A stretch of 64,000 nt of DNA from Iphione sp. A-MEVVRFRX5 (GCA_976226885.1 OZ320319.1:20336001-20400000), one strand, 5' to 3'. Positions 10,065 to 23,345 are shown, numbered from the stretch's first letter. Notes: generated from the letters alone by a model not told the origin. Numbers and translations are program-made.

Positions 10065-13000
10065 ACCGAGAATGTCCGCGACACGCCCCTCTTACGTAAT
10101 TTTCCGGAGCCCGGAGTCCGTGCTGCGGAGAAATTTACGAGCAGTGACCGTTTTCGGTCTCCGGACCCCGGACCACGCACCACGCACTACCACGCACCCG
10201 GACACATGGAAACACTCCAGTGCATTAGCATAGTCCCGTTTTTTTCCGCACCACGGAGTCCGTGGTGCGGAAAAAAAAAACGGACACAAGGAAACCGGGC
10301 CTAAGAGTGCTTTCAATATATGCAGGGTGTCTAGGTTACTGTAACAAAATGTTGCACCAATATTTTCCATTTGCTGAGAGGCTCCAGATCTCCCCCACAA
10401 TCCGGTACAAAATGCAGAAGGGACCAATAAGCGTGCATACTCCTTCCCAACACAATGCAGACCTCGAAACGCATGATTTCTTTTATCCATAATGGTGTGA
10501 GCCCTGCTTCTAGGAATTGAGAGCCTTTTTTAACAACTGTGATTTCATTAGGTGAGTGCATCACTTAATCCAGTTAACGTGATAAGCAGTTCTGTAGATT
10601 GTCACGCCCTCCAGCACATAGAATTATTCAGCCTCAAGCAAAGTGCACCAACCCACCGTAAACATATGATTTGTCTATATACATGTTGATACTTTACCAA
10701 CACACTAAAACTAACATAAAAGAATTGACAATTTTGATTTTTGCTTTACCTTCACAAATTAGGCAGATGAACTCGCTTGTAAAACGTACGATTTTTTATT
10801 ATTAATCTTGTACATGTACTTAATATTAAAATGTAATGTTCTCCCATAAAAGTTTTGTTACTGTAGATTTGTAGTATAACACTGAAACTTGCAACAAGAA
10901 TGACAGAAGACTAGCGATGAAAAAATAATGTTACAGCAAAGCCTCATAGTAGAAAAGGAAATTAAGAGTTCCAACCTGTCCCTGTCACCAACAAGCCCTA
11001 CTCTACCCTACATGTGGTTCTCAACGTGAATTCAGGATTCTGTTCCTGAAATTCAAACACAAAAAGGCACCCGAAGGTGAATTTGAACTTACGTAAACAC
11101 TACAAGGTCTAGAGTAGTCTTTCATCATATAGAAACATAAATACTTTTTGGTTCTATCAAAATTGGTCTCTCCCATATCTTGTCTCCTCTGGGATCTGGT
11201 CTTTAATGAGAGTAGACTACATGTGTATTGCAAATTTTATCTGCTTTAAGTTTTTGTCTTTATGAGAATCATTCATTTCCTCCCGTAGAAGCCTTGGACA
11301 CAATTAAGCATTCATAAAGAACAAACAATTGATATCCATATGTTTATTTACACTGACAGTAATGTAGGCAGCCACCAGTTCTTCCTTGTCTCTGTTCATA
11401 TGATAAACCTGTATAAATACCTTTCACATCCAGGTCCCTACATGTTGGTTCACCAGTCACACGTTTTCGTAAACATCGGCTAGACAGTTCACGTTCGACA
11501 CGAATGAAAACTAACCTTAACAACATGAAACTCTGTAATCATTTTCTTTTTAGAATAAGTTTGTAATATCCAAACAGACAGCTCTCTCTCAGTTTGAGAG
11601 GGGAAATTATAAGGTCATCTTGAACCAGAGAGATGCATTCCGCCAAAGGAACACCTTCAACCCCTTTCAACTCAAAAACTAAGCGGGGGGGGGGCTTGTC
11701 ATGGATCCTTGAAATAGACTATTTTGGATAGCACGAAGAAGATGAAACGTGCAGCATCCATTGATTTTGTAACACTTTCTGCATCACCACAGGTGTATTG
11801 TGAACAGGACACTATGTTGAGAAGTTTACTTTCACGATACAAAAAGAAGACATAAAGATGGAAGACGGGCCACTGCAAAACGCATTGTCGGTTATACCCC
11901 ACACTTCTAATATAATAGGCAATGAGTATTGACTGGAGCTGGGTCTCAAATATGTAGGTAATACAAAGTTTCAGATAATTTTAGTTAGTTTGGTTAGTCG
12001 GTGAATAATGGTGATGGCATATGTTTGCTCGCAATTTACACCATATAACTGAAAACCGTTTTCGATATATAGGCCTACATATATATACAAACTGATAATG
12101 TTTACAGATAAACTAAATTCGTTATTGACATATATAGCATAAATCTGCAAGTTACTCTTATAATTATGTAGAAATGTGTTTTGTAGCTCCACTGATCAAG
12201 AGATGATAGGAATTAAAGTTTCATTTTGTATAACAGGATCTGACGAGAAATTGAGTCGTGTTGCATATCCAACCCAATAGGTGGCAGCACTGTGGCGGAT
12301 CCACAGAGAAGTAGGGATCTCTGCAATTTTTGCGTGATTTGAACTGAACCTGTCTTCAGACTTTTTTCAAAAGATTTTTATAAAGCATTGTCATCGCCAC
12401 ATGCAGAAAAGCAAGTAGTACTTATATCGTGGAAAACTTTGGCAGGGGCATACAATTGCAGCATTAAAGGTCATGGATTTTAGTTTGATACTGATTCAAA
12501 TATTATTTATTATTATAGCAGTAGATATCTTTGCCCTCTCCCTTTTAAGTAATTCTTAGACGAGAGGGTTGGGGGTGTTGTGTCGTCAGCACTGCATAGT
12601 ATGAAAATATCACACATGGATGGTTTATGTGCTGCTCGGATCTGTGGGCTGCATACCACCATGCAAAAAGTAAAGGAGACCAAGTAAAGCTGCAAAACTA
12701 CATTTTCCAGACTTGATTGGGACTTTTCTTAGACTGATGGTTACTCCTACCTTGTATATTTTTACACTAACTATATACAATATTGTCCAAAGGTAGTCCC
12801 AACCAAACCTCATGGCAGAAGTTCATTTATATTTGCCGAGAAAAATACCACTAAATGTGTGTAGGGAAGCAGAGCAGCTGTCCCTACCCCAGTTTTCAAC
12901 ACAGGTGGGAGAGAGGGAGGGGCGTAGAGAGAATGCCTAAGGCGCTCGTTTATGCACTTTTTTAAAAAGGCATTATCAAGCCCCTGTTAACATGATGCAT

Positions 13001-13270
13001 ACATGCTAATGAATAATAACCCGGAAAATCGCTGAACAACGAACAAAATCACCTTTAGTATGAAGAGTACATGTACTTCCTTTCTATATGAATGTACATG
13101 TGTAGCAAATAAGGAATCACGAAAGAACTTTACAACATATTTACAATTACTCAAAGGCACAATTGGCTGGTTATAATCCCACTGAATAAACTACATGCCT
13201 ATTTTACATCCAAGGAGTGCGTCTCAAAACACCTGCAGGCAATTCCGGACCCAGATGCTCAGTGCTTTTA

Positions 13271-14329
13271 TTAGTCGTCGTCGGAGATGGTTTGCGTGGC
13301 GGAATTGACGTTGATCAGCGGTCGATAGCTATCTCGGACATCGTAACAACAGCACACGCGACTAGTGGCGCCACGGACGTCGGGTAGGAGAGTCACGGCG
13401 AGGATGAGAAGCAGCATCTCGACACCCGAGTAGAGCCAGTGGGTGACGACCCAGGGGCCCAGGCGGGAGATCTGAACGGCGTCGTCGATGACCACCAAGA
13501 GCATGGCGATGTCCACGACGACCACCAAGACGACGCTACCGCTGTGAACGACGGGGACGTCCAGGTCGGTCACGTTCGCGTTCCCCTGCCTTCCCCCACC
13601 GCGGCGGCTTTTCTTACAGAAGGCCACCACCAGGGCGGCGCTGGACACCGCCAGGGCCATGGCGGGCAGGATGTTGGCCACCAGCTGGTTCAGGAGCACC
13701 TGTAGGTGGCGCGCGCTGCGGTTGGTGACCACGTAGCAACCCACACTGGCGTGGTGACTGTCGCTGGAGCTGAGGGCTCCGCGCACCTTGTCACTGGCGA
13801 TGTCCTCGTTCATGGCGAAGTTGCGAATGATGCCGAAGAAGAGCCCCACCGCCCAGGGAATGATGATGACGGCGAGACGACTGGGGGTCTTGATGATTCT
13901 GGCATAGAGAAGCGGCCACTTGAGGGCCACCAGGCGCTCCACCGTCGCTGCCAGCAGCGTGTAGGGCAGAAGGATGGACTCCACGTCCAGCAGGACCAGG
14001 TAGAGGCTGCAGTAGGCCGGGGTGAGCCTGGCGCCACGCACCTCCTCGTGGATGGTCCCCGGACGGACGAGCAGGCTGAAGAGGACGGTGGCGGCCGCCA
14101 GACTGGCGAGCAACTGGTGGAAGAGCTGGTGCTGCAGGTGGCGGTGGGCACAGAGGAGAACAAGCACGCAGACGGCCAGTAGAGTCACACAGCCCACGAT
14201 CAGAGACTCCGTGACGACGAAACTGACAGTCAGGAGGCTGTACGGGTCCGGTGGTGTTGTTGGTGTTGACAATGCCACACTCAGTGGTGTGCTGTTCAGT
14301 GGTGGGGACATGATGTTGTTGGCGGCCAT
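13271..14329 (-). CDS. Intronless divergent rhodopsin-like (class A) 7TM GPCR, 352 aa, orphan
   Basis: Single ORF with high GC3 and about seven hydrophobic segments. N-terminal NST sequon, Cys at the top of TM3 (AYC) and in ECL2 (GCY), DRY-position motif TVERLVALKWPLLY. Confidence 0.88.
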   Translation of the reverse strand: MAANNIMSPPLNSTPLSVALSTPTTPPDPYSLLTVSFVVTESLIVGCVTLLAVCVLVLLCAHRHLQHQLFHQLLASLAAATVLFSLLVRPGTIHEEVRGARLTPAYCSLYLVLLDVESILLPYTLLAATVERLVALKWPLLYARIIKTPSRLAVIIIPWAVGLFFGIIRNFAMNEDIASDKVRGALSSSDSHHASVGCYVVTNRSARHLQVLLNQLVANILPAMALAVSSAALVVAFCKKSRRGGGRQGNANVTDLDVPVVHSGSVVLVVVVDIAMLLVVIDDAVQISRLGPWVVTHWLYSGVEMLLLILAVTLLPDVRGATSRVCCCYDVRDSYRPLINVNSATQTISDDD

Positions 14330-15300
14330 AGTGTCTACATGAATGCCTTATTATCTAAAAAATGAATATCAAAGAGAGAGACAGGGGGTAAGATATACCC
14401 ATCAGAGTAGATATCTTCAATTCAATATCATTCTGCATGAGACAAACAAAAAAACTTATTTTATCCAGAATCCAGAAATTAATATCACTTAGGCGTGTTT
14501 TACATGTACACATGTAGCGTTTGGTGTCAAAATACACTTCGCAAAAATTCGCCTTAGAATGTATGTTTTGGACCTCCTATCATTATGCATATGGCAGCAC
14601 CGTAAGTCCACAATTAGAGTACCCTAGTGGATAAATACTAAGCATAACCACTCCCTGGTAAAGTCACCCTTCTGTGAATGAAAGGTTGGGAATTAAAGCG
14701 ACCTTTATCTCTACATGTACTTTGGTTGTTGCGTTTGCATGTACTATTCAATCATTTTAATACAAAAATTGTTACACAGTCGTGTTAGAAACGGTAATAT
14801 TGTGGCAGGTGTTCAGGTGTGCGGACATTGTGGACAGCTGGCCATAGAGGACATACAGACATTCTACATTTATGCGGTTTGGACAATAAAGTTAAATCAT
14901 GAAGCAAGCGGGATAACATTATGATTCGGACAATAGTGCAGTAGCATTATACCAGATTGAGATAACATTATCTTACTGTTAAGATAATGGTTTATTCATA
15001 AGAGAAAGTTGTTACTGTTCGCAATTGACTACATTAGAGAGAGAGATCTTTATACAGTGTATAGATATAAGCCTATAAGCACTGTCTGTGTGTAGACAAC
15101 AGCTGTGCCATGTTTCTAAGAGGTACTGTTGGTAGTCTGGACACCGTCAGACTCTGGCAGAGTAGACACTCATGAACTTTGTTAAGGTGACAGGGTGGAC
15201 GTAACAGACACTAAATTGGAATGGGATTTTGAGGCACTTCCAGGGTAGGTGATGATACCTCAAGTCATCTATTAAGAAGGGTGCTAGGGTGGGACAAAGG

Positions 15301-15417
15301 GTTTATGTCTACATTCTTACTTTTTGTGCTCAAATCCAACCCCGGCACCCAAGGCCACAGGCTGAGAGTGCAAAGGCTTGGATTTCAGCACAAAAAGTGA
15401 AGAATATAGACGTAAAC
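15301..15417. repeat. Imperfect inverted repeat (about 39-bp arms), MITE-like
   Basis: gtttatgtctacattcttactttttgtgctcaaatccaa ... ttggatttcagcacaaaaagtgaagaatatagacgtaaac. Confidence 0.7.
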
Positions 15418-17542
15418 ACTATCTTAACAACAATTTATTAGCAAAAGACTGAATTTTGGGGAAAATTTCAATTAATTTAGATCAAACTTATGTCATATTC
15501 TAGCATTGAAGATAGTGAAAACACCATTTTGGTTGTTTACTTTATAGACAAGGACTTTCATTGGCCAAAAAAAATAACTCCCCAATTCATGTTGGTGCGA
15601 GAGTTCATTTTCAAATTACGTGGCATACTTAAGTCTTGTTGACATGAAAGATAAAGATGCCACAGTGGAAGCATTATGTATGTAATCTATGTTCAAAGTT
15701 CATTTAATGTTGTTTTGTCTTTATGCTGGTAGCATTTATAAGCCGTTTCAGGCCGTATATTTACTGCATTATCCTCCCAAAGTATTAAATCAAGTAGTCA
15801 AGGAACTGCCATTTTGATTTTCGCAAAACCAATGACACAATGGCTTATAAACCTCTACCTGGGAATGGTCCAGAGTTCAAATCCAGCTGAGAACAACTGT
15901 TTCTATGGAACAATTCCAGATTATCACAACAAGAGTGTTAGAACCAGAATTTAATTTGATTTTAGACTGGTCATGACCCAGGGCATGCACCCCAGTCAGA
16001 GGTCGTGTGAACGATGACCTAAGGTTATGACATGCTACGAACTTTGTGCCTCAGGTTGTGAACTATGTACAAAAGGTTATGAACTCTGGCATAAGGTGTT
16101 GTGAACTACTGGTAAATAATGTCTATGATTTCTATTGACTTTTCGGAGAGCTCTGATCTGCCACTTGTATGTGTCAACTCTGCCTCTAATAAAACGCCAT
16201 GAACCAACCAGGAAACATGTGTTGTCTGAGTTGTTTTGTTACAAAATTAACAAATTTACATGAGATACAAACTAAATGCCTTTGAAAAAGACCTATTTGC
16301 CAATAGTAGGTGTGCTGTAGAATTCATTAGTCGACAATTGCAATCCTCAAATATCTTTAAAAATATACCGTCAGCTCCACTCAACTGAACAGGATGCTTT
16401 TTGGCAAATACATGTATTGTGCCGTCAAAGATGGGCGTTCCCTTGCACACAACTTCATGCATATGAAATGTGATTCGCCGGGCCTTTTTTGATGGGGTTG
16501 TCACCCGGTTGGCAGGTGTCACCAGACTGACAGAACACTGCTTAGCCCAAAATAATTAGTTTCCCACACTTGTTGGTCTCGTGTAGTGGTCTGAGGCTGG
16601 TGGTAGAGGTGGTCAAGCCATCGAATAATTAAGGATCGGTTGCAAAATGTATATATACTATGGTATTGCGAGGACCTTGGCAATAGTAGGCCTAGCAGGG
16701 ACAGTGATGATCTCAAGAACTGGAGGAGAAACGTAAAAAATGACAATTCTTTGCACGTTCAAGCTTCGCTTGAGGTCAATGTAGCTCTGAGATCAACAAA
16801 ACAAATGACTTACATCATCTGAAGGTTTGTATAATTTATTCTTTAATGAACAGTGGCTTATCAAAGCCATTAAATATTACGGTTGCAGTTGAGCAATGTT
16901 CACCCTCTTCCTTTTTTTCAATCAAGACTTTAGGGTCGCCTCAAGTGTCTATTTGGGCCTGGAATCTAAGACAATACTGCTACCTCCATCTAGTGACTAA
17001 AACACAAGTTATATGTATCCGGATCACATGTAGTATCTGCAAAACGGCCAAACAAATCAGCTAAACATGTACTATATTATACGAGTTTTAGTGAGTGATC
17101 CCACAGAAAACTCATGGATGATATGTGTGCCTGACGTAGCTGATTGTGAACAGCCATAGTAGCGGAGTAGTGGCCCCAGTACAAGTGATATATCGACCAT
17201 AACATGACATGAACGACTATCTTATATCTATTTGTAATTTATATTTGTTATATTCATTTCTGGAACAATGTAGAACTTGATTACCTTTTCACTAAGAAAA
17301 TTCTCATGCACCAGTGTCTAGGTGTATGGATTAGACAAATTAATGATATTGTAGTTGATTTTAGAATCCTGAATGAGCACCCCAATAAATATTGAACAAG
17401 TATGAATAAAAGATACTTATTGACAAGAAAGCTTTGTGGTTTATATCCTTGGTGTATAAGAGCTTCAATAGTAAATCTTCATAATTTGGAAACATTATTT
17501 TCTGAATAAATTAGATGAATTTCGATCTGAAAAAGGGCTTAA

Positions 17543-18598
17543 CCCTATACTGTTTATACATAGGAAAATCGTGCATATTTGCACGATGGTAACAATGCCA
17601 GAAGTCCTCTATTAACCCTGTATGCATTTGATCCATTTTTAATGAAAATAAATAAAAATCTTCTGGCAATATTATGGTCATATCAAATTTTGGAATGAAG
17701 ATTCAGTAACCATGGAGAGGTAGTCACATGACCTGTAAAAGCATCAACAATGAGCATGTTCATATGTTTTTAGAGAAATTAATACAAATATATCCTAAAT
17801 CTTTAAATAATTACTGAATTATTATTATATTAACAAAAGTTTCCTTTGCAACATCAGAGGGTATATTACTACAGCTTATCATAAGTGTTTAATGAATCAT
17901 TAGAGGGAACACTACTGAAAGTATAGCATTTGATGTCCTATAACTGTTTTATTAAGACTTAAACTGATGTGTAATTATTACTTATTATTTTATGATTATC
18001 ATATACAGCTTTTATGTAATATAGACTATTTTTTGTTAATATTTGCCATCCAAATAATGAGAAAGTTCATAGCTTAGTTAAGTCATTTTAACTAGTGCTT
18101 TTTTAACCAATTATGATTATGTCTACTTTTGATATATTCCATGATGCATCAGGTGTGCATCAGTGATGCCAATGCATATGGTGATGCACTATTTTTGCAC
18201 AAAATATGTATACATGCAAGTCACAAGAAAATAGGTTTTAGATCACATGCACAGACAAATGAGGTATCAAAACATTGGAAATCACCTCCTGATCATTTTC
18301 TTAATTGAACATTTTATTCTAGGAGCAATATTTTTCAATGTTAACCTGCCAGTAATGTAAATTAGAGTAAACTATATTTAAATTTTCTAAATTATATTCC
18401 ACTTTCAATCCTGCCATGTTGCCATGGCAACCAAATATATGAAGCACAATTATTTTCAAAATAACATGGAATTCAAGGGCTTTCACTTGATGTATAACAT
18501 AATAAAGTACCTCTTGTATTAAACCCTACAGCTAAACATGATATATCAAACTACAGTTACCAATTGCAAACACAACATTTTTCATGAACGGGATAGGG
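17543..18598. mobile_element. Non-autonomous piggyBac-like element (1056 bp)
   Basis: TTAA at 17539-17542 and 18599-18602; ends CCCTAT...ATAGGG with 12/15 terminal inverted identity; AT-rich interior with no listed ORF. Confidence 0.7.
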
Positions 18599-21500
18599 TT
18601 AATGGACGGTATTGGGGGACTGGAATGTAGTAGCATGACTGTACTAAAAGCTACATCAAAAAAAATTGAAACACTTGGATAAATTGAGATTAATTAAATA
18701 TACTGTGGGGAACCAGCCATTGTATAAATAAGTGAAATTTCTATAGTTGTACTTTTATTTTATTTTACAGCTGGACCAACAAACCGGTGCGGTTCATTTC
18801 ATGGTACAATGTAATATGTACCCGATAATTGACATCAGGGCGGCAATGTACAACGCGCTTCTGGTGGTACCGACTCATGGAATTAAGGAGCATACCTACG
18901 TTTTATATATAACCCTGACACCGCTGATATAGAGGTGTAGGTCTACAGTACGAGTAAAAAAAGGCATCGCTACTCTACACTGGGAACTCTTCCTCGGTAC
19001 GTGCCTTTGTCTGGATTTCTGCTACCCTATATCTGCGTAGTACCTTGACTGACTCGGAACAGACTGGTGTTTTTGTTGGGTTTCTCTCATATTCGTCATC
19101 AGCTTGCTGCTCCAATTAGTAAGAATAGATCGAATACAGGACATATCTACAACGGAGACACATCTATACCTTTCGAATGATTAAGCGAATACGTCTGCAT
19201 TGTGTATTAACTACGTGTGCTCTGTCATATGGCCTTTTGTATATTCTCTGTGTTAGGATATAGTGGCCTGAGGTTCCTTCATTGTCTGTATGTGGGGAAA
19301 AAATACGCAGTTGGTTTACGTGGCAAAATGCTGAATGAACGGAACGCAGCCCGCTATAAATATCATATTGTGCATCCATTCTACTCTAGAACGTCCGTCT
19401 TTACCAACCGATGGTAGAGAGCAAGGCGATTATGTTCGCGATGTGTTTTATATCTTGATGATACAAAGAAAACAGATTGAGTTTCTTTTGTTTGCGGCTC
19501 GTTTCTTCACAATTCCACCTCTGGTGTATATAGCCGGTTGGTAAATTAGTGCTGTTTAAAGGGAAGCTACTATCAAGTGTTAAAAAAGAGACACCCAGAA
19601 GATGGGAACAATTAGATTATATAGGGAAATAATCCATCCATATCCCATGCATTCATATCCTATGGTGATATACTTATTGAATACACGCCTTTTATATAGA
19701 AAAGGATATATCAAAGTTTTTTAAGTTCTTTTTTAAAATCAAACTGGTGTAATGAACGCTTCGTTTTTATTACATCAAGGTCATTCAAAGCCAAACAGAA
19801 CTAGTTAAAGAAACTTTGTTCTTACTTTGAAACTCGGAGGAGCCCTGTTGGTGAAGCAGTAGCAGTTTCAAGTTGTACTTCTAGCTGAGGGGTCCGTTAT
19901 TCTCTGCTATCGCTTCAACTGCTGAGGTGCTCGCGCTGGTCTGGTTCAAGTGAGCCGCTCGGGATAATCTTGTGAGTGACTCAGATTCCTCGGGCAGCAT
20001 ATACACATACAGAAGTCTCCCGTGAGGGGGAGCACAACCCACTACGTCCGTCGCCGACTTGTCTCTGCGATCTTGTTTTCAGCCAATATCTATGACATCG
20101 CTATATGAATGTCTGGGCGATTACAATGTCTGAGAGGTTCGTGTGTATATGCGTTAAGTATGACATTTTTGAATTCTTGATGGCTCTTCATCTTAGGCAA
20201 TTGATCCCTCCCCTATCCACCTCTGCCCGAACCGCACCAAGAACGGCGGCACCTGACCTTTTCACGTACCGGTGGTGTGCTAGGGAGAGCTATGTCGGAG
20301 TGTGTGTGACGGGGGTGGGAGGGGGCAGGGGGGGGGGCAGGAGATACTATAAAGCCAGTACCCAGCTCTAAGTAGCAACCAGACACTGAGTTTTGAGTTT
20401 CTCCATTATCTCCCACCTCCTACATATCTTGATATATAGGAAATCCTTCTGAAGGAGATCATATCTCAAGTCATTCTACTGAGGTTCTAGCGTTTGGAAA
20501 ATATGTTTTTTTGTAGAAGCAATGGCTCACTGTTGGAGGTTTCACGGTAAGGCTGTAGGCTGGCTGATTAGGGACTTGGCTTTTCAGTTGAGGAGTTGGA
20601 TTGGATCCGTCTGTGGTATTATATACATATATCTGGTAGTGGAGGAAGCGGCAATGAAGTAGGAACGAACGTAAGTATACTTCAGTCTCCCAGTGTAAGA
20701 GCTACAGTCGTATTCAGTGTAAAACAGAATTGAGGTGGTGTAAGTCAGCTCTCCTCATTAACAAATCAAAAAAATATTTAACAAAGGTGAGGAATCGTTA
20801 TCAACTTCAGTGTGTCACTCTTCAGTCATCCCAATGCAACATGTTAATAAAATGCATTGTGTTAAGATTTAGTCTGTGCAGAGAGAAACACTCCCCCCCA
20901 AAAAACCCTTAGTATGCAACATTCTACGCTGATAGTTCCACAATATTCAGATGGTCAGTCATATGGTTGGAATGTGCCAAGGTCCCTAGCCGGAGCAAAG
21001 GGTGCAAAATCAAGATTTTCAGTGACGTACTGTTGAATGAGGCAGCCTGAGGGGGGAGGGTGGTCCCTGTAGCAAAGGCCCTCTTCCAGGATGTCACTGT
21101 TAAATTAAATAGGAGCTGTGCGCACACATCACACTAGTGCTCAAGTTGACAAGAAACGGTCTTTTACTTGGGAAATACATCAGTAACCGATACGCTGTAT
21201 AATTTGATTGATACTGTTGAAATATTGACCCAGTGGACTGTGGTAGAGGACTGCAAGCACGTCACATCATTACTATTCAGGTCAACATGATTGGATGATG
21301 TCACTTTCGCATGAACGGGTACAAATATACATACCATTCATGATTCGAACCTTTATCCCGATACAAGTGAATCGATCTGTATATGTTGTGTTGCAGAAAA
21401 TGTCAAGGGGAAAAGGTCAGTGAATGTTGTGATCAAATGACGATTCGGTCAAGTTCAACATGACCCCAAGCAAGACGCAATTTCACGGGGTAGAAAGGTC

Positions 21501-22964
21501 TAGTATAGTTGTTTTATCAACTATTAGGATCTATCAACTTGTTTAACAGTCACCCCACCTATCCAAACAGGGCTGGTTTTTCTTAAAGATGTGCAGTTAC
21601 GCGGGGGGTTCAGATAGGTATAATAAAATGAAACAATTTTGTTCAGTTCTAGAGAAAATTGGATACATGGGTAATCTAGTTAAATGTCGTTTGGTTGACC
21701 GGGCTTGACTGTGAACCTGTCAAAGTTGAGTAATTCAGCTGATGCCTAGGTGGACTATTTGTTTCTTTTCAATATTATATTTCAATTTTCATCAAGTATT
21801 CATCATTTTCTACCTCAGCCAATAGCTCCTGGCCATTATGAAAAAGATACAGTACTTAGTACCAGTATAAATCCAACTGATGACAAAGTTGGTCCTTAGA
21901 GTAACTACCACATGGGTAGTGGAATAGAGGTTGAAGAAAAACAGAAGCCAACTAACTGCTACAGAATTGGTTCAACAGATAGACACATTAACCATTATGT
22001 CATCTGCACTGACAGGTACTAGTTAATTGCTCAGATCTCCTCACACCTACTCCCACGGCTTTTTTCCATGCAGTTCAGCTCACACATGCACAATGCTGTC
22101 TAACAGTGATTTTTCCTTTCTACAGGTCTTAGTTCATTCCTATTTGTTCATGTACATGTAGTAGTAAGGTCTGTGGAACTGTTAGAATCCATGGAAGTCC
22201 CTGCAAAGTACTCACTGCTAAAGGATAGGTTGAAGAGGGGCACAGGCCCTTCACTTAACAGCTGTACAAACAAATGGCAGATTTCTTGTAGTCTTGGCTT
22301 CCATTTGAGGGTATTACACAATGAACTTTCATTTGACCAACAGACAAGTGTGAATGAGAAAGAAAGGCCGTGATACAGATAAATACAACCATTATTATTG
22401 CTGTTGTGAGAGCCCTAACAGAAGGGAACACTGCAGAACGCTAGATCAAATAAACAAGACTTGGTTAGTGTTTCTAAAAGTATATGGGCTACCAGATCAT
22501 CTGCCTGGACTACACTTTAGACACAGTTCCCCATGTATAGCAGGTCTGCCGGAGGATGAAACATCTCAATGAGATGATCAGATGCTTATACACATAGCTA
22601 TAAAATCAAACCTCTTTATCCAGAGATATAGAATCCTTATGTATTTATTATTCAGAAGAAAAACCAAGGAACATTTAATGCTTCCTGCATACAATTATAT
22701 TTATTTATCCGCATTATCCAGATGAAAGTGCCAGAAGCAGAGGCATGACTGTATGCAAACTGTCTCCCAGTCTCTCCCGGTTTCTCTTATTTTCCATGAT
22801 CTTCCCTACTTCTCCCCTAGCTCTAATGTACATTAATTGTCTAACCCTGTCCACATAGTTCCAATACTGCTCCCTACTGTCTCCCTATCTACCATAAATT
22901 TTCCGATTCCCGTCTCTCTTCATACTGTCTCCTGTCTTCCATAGTCCCCATGTTTCCTCTCCTT

Positions 22965-23345
22965 ACCATCTCCCTATCTCAAATAGTTTCCATGCCTATG
23001 CCTACCATCTCCCCATCTCTAGTAGTTTCCGTGTCTATGCCATCTATCTCCCGATCTCTAATAGTTTCCATGTCTATGCCTACCATCTCTCCATCTCTAG
23101 TAGTTTCCATGCCTATGCCTACCATCTCCCGATCTCTAATAGTTTCCATACCTATGCCTACCATCTCCCCATCTCTAATAGTTTCCATACCTATGCCTAC
23201 CATCTCCCCATCTCTAGTAGTTTCCATGCCTATGCCTACCATCTCCCCATCTCTAATAGTTTCCATGTCTATGCCTACCATTTCCCCATCTCTCGTAGTT
23301 TTCATGCCTATGCCTACCATCTCCCCATCTCTAATAGTTTCCATC
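22965..23345. repeat. 39-bp minisatellite, about 10 copies
   Basis: Unit accatctccccatctctagtagtttccatgcctatgcct; it explains the spurious 13-aa-repeat ORFs on both strands. Confidence 0.93.

Larger units (their letters stand above)
1639..10301. mobile_element. Autonomous PIF/Harbinger DNA transposon, 8663 bp, three genes
   Basis: Perfect 34-bp TIRs GGCCCGGTTTCCTTGTGTCCG(T10)CCG at 1639-1672 and 10268-10301. TAA on both flanks (1636-1638, 10302-10304) is the TWA target duplication typical of Harbinger. Encodes a Harbinger DDE transposase and a MADF protein. Confidence 0.97.

Noticed and set aside
12274-12290. CTCF-like motif CCAATAGGTGGCAGCAC (similar motif at 29783-29797)
   Set aside because: Motif match alone cannot establish binding or insulator function.
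16256-16822. Possible degenerate transposase fragments
   Set aside because: Several short ORFs with stops; no motif I could assign and no termini found.
18770-19545. Coding-like plus-strand sequence after a strong acceptor (GPTNRCGSFHG…, hydrophobic patches)
   Set aside because: Stops in all frames and only vague resemblance to membrane proteins; needs tBLASTx.
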